DNA of 63,481 bases, the filler included, from Octopus bimaculoides (lineage: Eukaryota): NCBI RefSeq assembly GCF_001194135.2. It is 5 parts of 5 records of this genome, joined end to end, with 100 filler letters (N's around TTAATTAATTAA, not from the genome) between each part and the next. Parts side by side here need not be neighbours in the genome. Positions count along the whole stretch, not along the records: positions 51,153 to 56,513 come from NC_069006.1; positions 56,614 to 61,263 come from NC_068988.1; positions 61,364 to 63,481 come from NW_026385856.1; 2 more parts are not named here. The stretch is one strand, 5' to 3'. The position numbers and the translations under genes were made by a program. A model generated the notes under the pieces. That model had not been told where the DNA came from and did not search any database. It was given only the letters and a program-made list of their open reading frames with translations. Of this stretch, positions 52,960 to 63,481 are shown in pieces. Positions within the stretch are counted from its first letter, which is position 1, and the number at the start of each line of letters is the position of its first letter.

Positions 52960-53048
52960 TGCAGCTGAAGATTGCTCTTCATATTGCATTTAAGGTAATA
53001 CTCACATTACTTAAATAAATTGAAGTAGCATGAAACGTGCGTACTGCA
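52960..53048 (+). ncRNA. Type I hammerhead ribozyme motif with long stem II
   Basis: TGCAG-CTGAAGA-T.TGCT.CTTCA...ATTTAA.GTAAT-actcac-ATTAC.TTAAAT...TGAAG.T.AGCA.T-GAAA-CGTGCGT-A-CTGCA. 5-bp stem I; GUA at 53041-53043. Confidence 0.7.
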
Positions 53049-53109
53049 ATCACTTTTGAAATCCGTGTTGCTTATTGTTTGATTATATATATGTATATAT
53101 ATATAGTAG

Positions 53110-53900
53110 GCATCCATCGGTCTTGAGAGTCCATGGATCTGCCCCCTTAAGAGGTTGTGTCAGCTGCTGATGGTGGCTCAGCGTCTTTTGTGGCTGCACA
53201 CGAGAGTGGCAGTCACATACACAATGGCTGCATTTGAAGGAGCTCTCTGTCGCTGCTGTTGATTTTTCCTTCCGTCGAGTGTGCTTTTCTTAGATGGCGA
53301 GTACCTGTTTTTCTTCCACTTTCTTCATTCCTTTTTGCAGTATTTGCCTCCAGTGTGGGTAATCGTTTGCAACCTCCTCCCGTCTTAGGACGTCCAGATT
53401 CCAGATAAAGCAACTTCATATATCTCTTACATACATCTTTGAAACGAGAAAATGATGTCGTCTTGGTGCTTTTGTGCCGGTAGCCAATTCGCCATACAGG
53501 AGATCTCTTGGGACCCTTCCGCCTGGCATGCGATGAACATGACCGAGTCAGCGCAAACGATGCTGCTGGAGCAAGATGTGTATGCTGGGTATCTTGGCTC
53601 GGTTGAGGACTTCGGTGTTGGCGATGTAGTCGGTCCACTTGATGTCCAAGATGCGTCTTGAATTGCGAAGGTGAAAGACGTTGAGACGCCGCTCCTCTCT
53701 AGAGTAGAGGCACTGCGTCACACTGTTATAAAGCAGCCTACTAAGAACACACGCCTTATAGACAACAATTTTAGTGTCTGCAGTCATTTTTTTGTTTTCC
53801 CAAACTTCTTCGCCAAAAAGGTTAGTAACATCCTCATAAAAGGTTTCATAGCATTTTCTTTCAATTTTTTTTTCATCACCTTTACACTTCAAAAACTGTA
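53110..53900 (-). mobile_element. RTE-like LINE 3' fragment
   Basis: KIVVYKACVLSRLLY, FHLRNSRRILDIKWTDYIANTEVLNRAKIPSI, QQHRLR, then a C-x2-C-x3-CHSR zinc-finger-like end; abuts (TA)n. Confidence 0.85.
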
Positions 53901-55615
53901 TTAAGTAATCCTCGTAGACTTTCATGTGTGAGTGTCTATATATATATATATNNNNNNNNNNNNNNNNNNNNNNNNNNNNNNNNNNNNNNNNNNNNNNNNN
54001 NNNNNNNNNNNNNNNNNNNNNNNNNNNNNNNNNNNNTATACTCTTTTACTTTTTTTACTCTTTTACTTGTTTCAGTCATTTTACCGTGGCCATGCTGGAG
54101 CACCGCCTTTAGTCGAGCAAATCGACCCCAGGACTTTTTCTTTGTTAGTCTAATACTTAATCTATAGATTCTTCTCTAATAATAAGGAAATGCTATCCGT
54201 TTTGTGCGGAATCCACTTTATGTTAAGTTGACAAAGCCTTCAGTCTTTGTTGACACTAGTCTTGCTTCCATTTGTCGCAGAGGATTTGAAAAAAAATTAA
54301 AGAGCGTTGTTCTTTGTCTTCTGATTAATCCATGAAAGAAAAACATTGCTTTGATTAGAAGTGAACAGAAATAAAGAGGCGTTCGCTGGTGTCGATACAG
54401 TTGCGTTCATTAATGTGTCCCTCCTTTGTTAAACCGTTACTGAGAGATTTAAAGGATATTTGGCTGTTATTTCTAGCAGTCTGAATGAGAACACAGCCAC
54501 TCTGTCAGAGCTGATAGCTCTGATACTTGTCATGTGTCTAGTTTTGTTTTTAGGATTCTGGTCGCCATGTTGTTTGATATAAAAATCCATGGATAGCGAT
54601 CTACCCTCTTCAGCAACAAAATCTCCAAGTCTGGAGTCATTGGAAACGGTCAACAAATAGACATTGGAGAGATTAAAAGATGAAGGTGAAAGAAAGGTGT
54701 AGAAAAAGAACCAGGCGATGGAAAGGAAGGAAGGAAGGAAGGAAGGAAGGAAGAAAGAGGAAAGCTGAGGAAGGTTTAAACCGAGAGAGAATGAAAACGA
54801 GAGTGAAGAAAAGAAACAATGAATGAAAGAAAATGAAAGAAAGGAAAGAGAAGGAGGAAAAGAGGAAGGAAGAAAGAAAACAGAAAGAATGAGCGAGGGG
54901 ATGAAAAGAGAAAAATGAAAGAAATCGAGAAAGAAAGAAACAAAGGAGCAAAAAAAGAGTAGGAAAATTAATGGAGGTTTAAAATGGGAAAGAATGAGGA
55001 AGTAAGTGAATAAAAGAAAAGAAAGAATTAATAAAAGAAATGGAAAGAAAGAAAAAGGAAGGACCGAGAAAAGAAAGCAGAAAGAATGTATGAACGAATA
55101 ACAAATGAAAACGAAAGAGTGAATGATAGACAGGAAGTAAAGAGAGAAAAAAGAAGGAAAGAATGAAAGAGAGAGAAGGAAATCTGAGGAAAATTAAAAC
55201 TGAGACAGAGTGAAGGAGACAGTTAAGAAGGAAAAGGAAGAAAGAACGAATCGAAGAAAAGGAAAGAAAGTATTGAGAAGAAGGAAACGAGGAAGGAAGA
55301 AAGAATACAGGACGAATGAACGAACGGATGAAAATGAAGGAATTGTTAAATGAAAGAACGAAAGGAAAAAGAAACAAACAAAGAAGGAGGGGAGTAAAGA
55401 AAGAAAGGAAGAAAGAAAGAAAGAAAAACGAAAGAAAGAAAGAAAGAAAGAAGGAAAGAATTGGAAATTGTAAGTAAAGAAAAGTGAAGAAACGTCATGG
55501 TAAATTGGAATTTTGGTGAGGCTTCATGTGATGTCTGAGACATCTCGGAGTAGGGTGGGGATGTGGGAGGGAAGTGCAGAATATAATGACTCACAGAATG
55601 AGGAGATGAAACAAA

Positions 55616-55650
<35 letters not shown>

Positions 55651-55879
55651 GTTTATATGTATACATTTATATATACATACAGATATCTATGTATATNNNN
55701 NNNNNNNNNNNNNNNNNNNNNNNNNNNNNNNNNNNNNNNNNNNNNTATATATGCATGTATGTATGTCCAATACGCACACACTTGTAATGTAGGTTATATA
55801 TGGTCTATATATGTAGTATGTATATAATATATATACATACATATATGTCTGAATATGTCAGAATGTTTGTGTGTGTGTG

Positions 55880-55919
<40 letters not shown>

Positions 55920-56659
55920 TGTGTGTGTTTGTATGCGTGTGTATGGGTGTGTTTGTGTGTGTGTGTTTGTATGCGTGTGTATGGTCGTTTTTGTGTGTGT
56001 GTGTGCGTGTTTATGTTTGCGCGCGCGCGCGCGCGTGTGTGTGTTGATACAGTGAAATAGAAATAACAGAGAGGGAGAGACAGAGAGAACAAGGGAGAGG
56101 TGATTCGGTCAGAAAGTGAAGAACTGGTTCTGCTGTTTTGGAACCTATTGTTTGTGGATACACAAACCTTCAGCATTTGTCGAATGTCCGTTCGTTGAGT
56201 GAGTAGAAGGTGGAGGGATGAATACAAAGGGAGGTGGAGACAGAGAAGCAGAGAAGGGGGGGGGAATTTAGAGGGAAAGATAGGAATTGAAAAGGAGAAA
56301 GAGAGGCAGGGAGTAGAGAGAGGTTTTTGGTGTTCTTCTGGATTTTATGGAGCTTCGCAAACAAATAAAGAATTGGTGGGAGTCGCTTGTTTGTGTACCA
56401 ATATGCATACATATATATATATACATATATACAATATACATACATATATACATACGTGTGTGTGTGTATCAATGTATGCATATATTAATGAAAACAGTTT
56501 AGATTGTTCAAATNNNNNNNNNNNNNNNNNNNNNNNNNNNNNNNNNNNNNNNNNNNNTTAATTAATTAANNNNNNNNNNNNNNNNNNNNNNNNNNNNNNN
56601 NNNNNNNNNNNNNCACACACATGTTTATATATACATCCATATATACATATGCGTACGTA

Positions 56660-57050
56660 CAGACACCCCCCATGTGACCATGCTGGAGCACCGCCTTTAG
56701 TCGAGCAAATCGACCCCAGGACTTATTCTTTGTAAGCCTAGTACTTCTTCCATCGGGCTTTTTTGCCGAACCACTAAGTTACGGGAACGTAAACACACCA
56801 CCATCGGTTGTCAAGCGATGTTGGCGGGACAAACACAGACACACAAACATATATACGCACACACATACATATAATACATATATACGACGGGCTTCTTTCA
56901 GTTTCCGTCTATCAAATCCACTCACAAGGCTTTGGTCGGCCCGAGGCCATAGTAGAAGACACTTGCCCAAGGTGCCACGCAGTGGGATTGAACCCGAAAC
57001 CATGTGGTTGGTAAGCAAGTGACTTACCACACAGCCACTCCTACGCCTAT
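56660..57050 (-). mobile_element. Near full-length tRNA-derived SINE (family A here)
   Basis: A-box-like tggctgtgtggtaag, B-box-like ggttcaatccc, core gtggatttgatagacggaaactgaaagaagcccgtcg, internal microsatellite, 3' gcggtgctccagcatgg. Confidence 0.85.
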
Positions 57051-58689
57051 GTATGTATAATATCTATGTATGCATCATATGTAGTAACTTTTCACGCATC
57101 AGTGGGGCAGGTCCAGATTTCTTAATTCTAATTACTAAATATTGATCCATCACTTTTCATCTGTAATTAAATTTTATAATATCTGAAATGTTACAGAGAC
57201 CATACGGTCCAAGAAGATAAGAGTTTTCCATTACCATTGAAGTTGGAATCCGAATGAATACCTCATATTATTAAATTGTTATAATGGATCTAGAAGGAAA
57301 ATTAAATCTTTTCCATGTTATATGATTTCTTTAACAAATGCCTTTTGTATGTCATCCACCGAATATCTGTTGCTAAGTGAAATAAACTTTATCAGCAACG
57401 TATATTTCAGGAGAACAAACACAGAATCGTACGCACAGAAATACACATATAGAAATATGCACGTATTTACATACATTAATATATGTATATACACATACAC
57501 ATACATTAATATATGCATATACACATACACATACATATCCGTATGAACATACACATACACATCCGTATATATATATGCACAAAAGCATGCACCTATACAC
57601 CTATGCATAAGCATGGCATAGATGTATACGTGTGTTGTGTATGTGTGATACTGTGTGTGTGTGTATGTGGTAACATGATTCGCATTGGAAATGTATTGAA
57701 TGCAAAAGAAGCTGCAGTCCTAGATAAATATCAGAAATTAAAGTAACGAAACTGATATTCTATAAATAATTTGCAACTAATTCAACATTGCAAATATTTA
57801 CATGTACGTTTTTGATATTTACGTTTTAGCTGGTAAAAATGAACTTAAATATGCAAATGAGATAGCTAAGTGGATTTCAGATTAAATTTGTTTGCATAAT
57901 ATATAAACAAGCAAACGTTTATTATCTTATATTCTTTGAATTAATAAGTATTTCCTCTCCACACTTTTGATAAAGCTCTGTTTATGTGTGATTTAGCTTA
58001 CAAAGCTATTACAAACGAAAATATGCCTTCAAATATCTCCGACATGTATTATACATAATGAATATTAATGAGATGTGGCATGAAAAATGCGCCAAGAGAA
58101 CAACAAATGAAATAAAGCGTTTCTTTTTTTTTTTTAATATATACTTACATAAATATTAACATTTTCCAGGTTTATGACTCGCACGACGACTCTGTAAATA
58201 TTTTTCCAAATAGTTCTCAAATTGTGCAAACGATTTTATGTATGTTTACCTGTTCTGTTTTAATGCAACCAAACAAAGCAACATGGAATAAAATTACATA
58301 CTTGGAAACAGACATTAGATAGACAAAATTCTAATGATCTTTATAAATGTGCTACAAACGATTCGTTTCTGTATTTCAACCTGAAAAGTACCCAATGATG
58401 TAAGATGCATTGGCACTGAAATTTATTCTTTATTTATATAGATATTACTTGTTTGCGAACAGAAAATGACCAATATTATTCTTGTGTAACCTTCCCAGCA
58501 ACTCATGTTGCATGCAGAGAATAACGAGTGTTCTTGTATACTTCCAAGAAATACATCATTATTTTGGTGCTCCAGATAGTTTATGATAGTGAGATGAATA
58601 TAGTGACCTCACTATAGTGTATAGTAATCCCAATAAAGAGAACATTCCTATTTACCTCTTTGTTACACCAAATATTCAGGAAAAATAAT

Positions 58690-59060
58690 TTCATATAAAT
58701 TCGGATCTGCTCATTATTATCCGATAGGCGGATTGACAACACCATGCAGCTAAACGACAATAAATTTGAATTAAATCCCTTCGGTAAGAAGCTGCACTCA
58801 ATCTACCATGGTCTTTCCTCTGGTGAAAATCTCGTGGAAGCAAACACTGAAAAGGACCCCGGCGCAATTGTCGGCAATGACTTAAGCTGGAATGCTCACA
58901 TACACACAATGTCGACATGGCCCGAAGGGTTGTTCACCCGGATTCTCAGGACTTTCCAGTCTAGAGACCCTTCTATCATTATCCTTCTCTTCTCTAGCAT
59001 CATCTTTTCTCAGCTTGAATACTGTTGTTCGTTCTGTGTCTCCCTACAAGAAACAACATC
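58690..59060 (+). mobile_element. CR1/L2-group LINE fragment (post-RT region)
   Basis: MQLNDNKFEL...EKDPGAIVGNDLSWNAHI...ILRTFQSRD...LEYCC. Confidence 0.75.
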
Positions 59061-60350
59061 CCTGAGACCAATCACACACACATACACACACACAGAATGA
59101 CGATATAACAGGTCTTGAATTTTGAGATCATTTCGAGAAGTTCAAGTTGTATTCCCTTCGGAGCCACAGTGAGCGCTATAACATTTGTATGACGTGAAAA
59201 ATAATCCAACACCATTGCCCAAGAGACGTTGACATCAAGTTTAAGATTCAGTGTAGTCTTTGTCCCTATGCCAGCCGTCCTCAACAAAAACCATGCTCGC
59301 ATCACATCACAACATTACGTAGAACTATGTCACTTCTCTTTAACACATGCCAAGACACATAAAAGAAACATAACTCAGTATTTTCTGTTACCCAAGCTAG
59401 AGACTTTACAATACCCCTTGGTAGATGTATCTCTTTCTCTCTCCCTCTCTCTCTCTCTGTCTCTCTCTCTCTGTCTCTCTCTCTCTGTCTCTCTCTCTAT
59501 CTATCTATATATGTATACGTGAGTGGGTGTAGTGTGTGTGTGCTCCTCCTCCACCGCATTCTCCCCTCCTTTCCACCACAACCACCTCCTCCACTTCTTT
59601 CTCCTTCCCTTCGTCATCCTCCTTCTCTTCCACTTCCCCTCTTCCTTCTTCCTCCCCTTCCTTCTTCCTCCCCTTCCTTCTTCCACTTCCTTCTTTATCT
59701 TCTCGTCTTCCACTTCTACTGCTTTTTTAGCCACTAACCACACTTGAATCTGCTTTGTTACTGACCCTTTACTTGCTCTGTCCAACTTCTCAAAATCTAT
59801 TTACGTTTTTATTTTTATTTATAATTTGTTTCCTCTCGAGAGAGGCAGCACACAAACAGCGAAAGACGAGCGGTGTAAGAACGCACGCAAATATTCGATT
59901 AATTTTCACTTGGAACATTTGCTCGAACTGGTGTTAAAAAACAGAGTTGGAACAGAATTGTAATTGGTTGTTAAAATATGTGTTAAAATATTTCTTTGTT
60001 TTCNNNNNNNNNNNNNNNNNNNNNNNNNNNNNNNNNNNNNNNNNNNNNNNNNNNNNNNNNNNNNNNNNNNNNNNNNNNNNNNNNNNNNNNNNNNNNNNNN
60101 NNNNNNNNNNNNNNNNNNNNNNNNNNNNNNNNNNNNNNNNNNNNNNNNNNNNNNNNNNNNNNNNNNNNNNNNNNNNNNNNNNNNNNNNNNNNNNNNNNNN
60201 NNNNNNNNNNNNNNNNNNNNNNNNNNNNNNNNNNNNNNNNNNNNNNNNNNNNNNNNNNNNNNNNNNNNNNNNNNNNNNNNNNNNNNNNNNNNNNNNNNNN
60301 NNNNNNNNNNNNNNNNNNNNNNNNNNNNNNNNNNNNNNNNNNNNNNNNNN

Positions 60351-60381
<31 letters not shown>

Positions 60382-61221
60382 AAAAAGAGAGAAAGAGTGA
60401 GGGAGAAAGAAAGAACCAAAGGTGAGCGCGATTCAAAAAGGGGAAAGAAGTTCAACGTAATTCCTCCAGCTACGATAAATAGAACCCAGATCTATTCACA
60501 TCACATTTAAATGCCTTACCAAATGGGACATAATGAACAATATAGTTGTACATACACAAGGGATAGAAAAGCCAGTGTTGAAATATCTATGAACAAAGTT
60601 GGTCAAACAGGGATGACATGCAAATAATTAGTAATAACAAACACTATCACCACCACCACCACCACAAAATTGGCAAGACGCTGGAAAATTTGCAGTATTT
60701 CCAAAATACCTTGGTGCATTATACATATCAGCTAGCGTTCATGTTGTCGCTTATGTACATTATACATAGAATCATAGCCGGCTACATGCAAACCACACTT
60801 CTGCTCCGTCAAACCAGAGCTGACTCTGAAAAGCAATAACATAACATATTGTATTTTCTAATTGTGAGTGTGTCAGTATATACATACATATATATATGTG
60901 TGTGTGTCCGCTTAAATGCGTAAAATATTCAAATGACAAAGTACAGTAATTTATTTGAAAATTTTATTTCATCGTTTTTTTTCTTACCAAATATGTTATT
61001 TCGTACAACCAAACTGGTATGCTTCAAATTGTGGATAGTTATATTAAAACTCTGAGATTTCAATGTAAACATGAGGAATGATTTCCTGAATATATAAACA
61101 ACTGATCTTAATCAGCTTCGTTTTTTTTTTATCGTCATTTAATGGTATAGCCCAATGTTTATAAACTTATACATATATAAGGATATATGTTACATACAAA
61201 CATACATGCATACATACATAC

Positions 61222-61263
<42 letters not shown>

Positions 61264-61363
61264 NNNNNNNNNNNNNNNNNNNNNNNNNNNNNNNNNNNNN
61301 NNNNNNNTTAATTAATTAANNNNNNNNNNNNNNNNNNNNNNNNNNNNNNNNNNNNNNNNNNNN

Positions 61364-61592
61364 GATGTGCCACCCTCCTAAGTGTGTCATTGGGCTCCCC
61401 ATATGTGCCGCTCGGGGTGTGCCCCTCTTCAAAGTGTGCCAGTGAGCTCCCCATATGTGCCGCCCAGAATGTGACGCCATTGATGTGCCACACTCGTAAG
61501 TGTGCCATTGAGCTCCCCATATATGCCGCCATTGATGTGCCACCCCCGTAAGTGTGCCATTTGGTTGCCATAGAGCTCCCCATATGTGCCGC
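61364..61592. repeat. GC-rich ~50-60-bp tandem repeat (also at 63350-63481)
   Basis: Unit gatgtgccaccc...aagtgtgccattgRgctccccatatgtgccgc, in the same orientation on both sides of the satellite. Confidence 0.9.
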
Positions 61593-61610
61593 TAACCCAA
61601 TATAACGGTA

Positions 61611-63100
61611 ATAACGGAAACTAACGGCAAATAACGGAAAGTAACGGAAAGGATCGGAAAGTAACGGAAACTAACGGCAAATAACGGAAAGTAACGGAAA
61701 GGATCGGAAAGTAACGAAAACTAACGGAAACTAACGGAAAGTAAAGGAAAGTAACGGAAATCAACGGAAACAAATGGAAACCAACGGAAATTAAGGGAAA
61801 CTAACGGAAAATAACGCAAAATAACGGAAAGTAACGGAAAGTAACGGAAACTAACGGAAATTAACGAAAACTAACGGAAAATAACGGAAAGGAACGGAAA
61901 CTAACGGAAATTAACGGAAACTAACGGAAAGTATCGGAAAGTAACGGAAACTAACGGAAATTAACGGAAACTAACGGAAAGTAACGGAAATCAACGGAAA
62001 CTAACGGAAATTAAGGGAATGGAATTGAAACTAACGGAAATTAACGGAAACTAACGGAAAGTAACGGAAAGTAAGGAAAACTAACGGAAATTAACGGAAA
62101 GTAACGGAAAGTAACGGAAATCAACGGAAACAAACGGAAACTAACGGAAACCAACGGAAATTAAGGGAATGGAATTGAAACTAACGGAAACTAACGGGAA
62201 AGAACGGAAAGTAACGGAAAGTAACGGAAAGTATCGGAAAGTAACGGAAACTAACGGAAACTAACGGAAAATAACGGAAAGTAACGGAAAGTAACGGAAA
62301 GTAACGGAAACTAACGGAAACCAACGGAAAGTATCGGAAAGCAACGGAAAGTAACGGAAATCAACGGAAACCAACGGAAATTAGGGGAAACGAACGGAAA
62401 CTAACGGAAACTAACGGAAAATAACGGAAAGGATCGGAAAGTAACGGAAACTAACGGAAATTAACGGAAACTAACGGAAAGTAACGGAAAGTAACGGAAA
62501 TCAACGGAAATAAACGGAGACTAACGGAAACCAACGGAAATTAAGGGAATGGAATTGAAACTAACGGAAACTAACGGAAACTAACGGAAAATAACGGAAA
62601 GTAACGGAAATTATCGGAAAGTAACGGAAACTAACGGAAATTAACGGAAACTAACGTAAAATAACGGAAAGGAACGGAAACTAACGGAAATTAACGGAAA
62701 GTATCGGAAAGTAACGGAAACTAACGGAAACCAACGGAAATTAAGGGAATGGAATTGAAACTAACGGAAACTAACGGAAACTAACGGAAAGTATCGGAAA
62801 GAAACGGAAACTAACGGAAATTAACGGAAACTAACAGAAATCAACGGAAACAAAGAGAAACTAACGGAAACCAACGGAAATTAAGGGAAATGAACGGAAA
62901 CTAACGGAAAATAACGGAAAGTAACGAAAAATAACGGAAAGGAACGGAAACTAACGGAAAGTATCGGAAAGTAACGGAAACTAACGGAAAATAACGGAAA
63001 TTAACGGGAACTAACGGAAATTAACGGAAACCAACGGAAACTAACGAAGACTAACGGAAAGGAATGGAAACTAACGGAAACGAACGGAAAATAAAGGAAA
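61611..63100. repeat. 10-bp satellite, 149 units, consensus (c/g/t)taacggaaa
   Basis: Units stay in register with the 10-base blocks across the whole array. Confidence 0.98.
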
Positions 63101-63145
63101 GGAAAACGATGCTCTGGAATGAAAATTTTTGATGGTCTCCACCCG

Positions 63146-63297
63146 CTGCTAACTCCTTGCTCTCCAATTTCTACCACCCGCTGCTATCTCCTTGCTCTCC
63201 ACCCGCTGCTAACTCCTTGCTCTCCACCTACTACCGCCTTGCTCTCCACCCGCTGCTAACTCCTTGATCTCCACCTGCTACCGCCTTGCTCTCCACC
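63146..63297. repeat. About 25-bp tandem repeat
   Basis: ctccacccgctgctaactccttgct and shorter variants. Confidence 0.85.
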
Positions 63298-63302
63298 TAA
63301 TG

Positions 63303-63344
63303 TTAGGGTTAGGGTTAAGGTAAGGATTAGGGCTAGGGTTAGGA
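63303..63344 (+). repeat. Interstitial telomere-like (TTAGGG)7 degenerate tract
   Basis: ttaggg ttaggg ttaagg taagga ttaggg ctaggg ttagga. Confidence 0.85.
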
Positions 63345-63481
63345 ATACGAATGCCACCCAGGATGTGCCGCTAAGGATGTGCCACCCTCGAAAGTGTGCC
63401 ATTGGGCTCCCCATATGTGCCGCCCAGGGTGTGCCGCCAATGATGTGCCACCCTTCTAAGTGTGTCATTTGGTCTCCCCAT

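Noticed and set aside
54580-54620. Minus-strand CTGAAGA followed by a good hairpin
   Set aside because: No GAAA, stem III or NUH after the hairpin.
58149-58300. Two small minus-strand exon-like segments with CAG|GTAAAC and TAT|GTAAGT donors
   Set aside because: Phases only fit with weak acceptors, the implied intron is 58 bp, and the peptide is unrecognisable.
60740-60835. Minus-strand acceptor (ttattgcttttcAG) followed by short open frames
   Set aside because: No homology or upstream exon; compatible with chance.

Overview
Eukaryotic, AT-rich, microsatellite-dense genomic DNA, with roughly an eighth of bases in N gaps. The repeat families look like those of Octopus or another coleoid cephalopod; this is an inference from memory of the repeats, not a database result. 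Almost every ORF in the supplied track is a microsatellite or gap artefact. The one recognisable host coding segment is the last coding exon of a core-2/I-branching beta-1,6-GlcNAc transferase (GT14, GCNT-like; 28079-28353, +). The rest is decayed mobile DNA: tRNA-derived SINEs, RTE, CR1/L2-like and R4-like LINE ends, a Penelope-like RT fragment, and Tc1/mariner elements, one of them full length with TIRs. Four 100-bp spacers (44N-TTAATTAATTAA-44N) mark artificial scaffold joins. The most notable signal is a set of eight type I hammerhead-ribozyme-like motifs from several unrelated sequence contexts, found by manual base-pairing. One sits in the loop of a 64-bp inverted repeat, and two form a 254-bp head-to-head palindrome. 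The window ends in a phase-locked 10-bp satellite with higher-order structure, flanked by GC-rich repeats and a TTAGGG-like tract.
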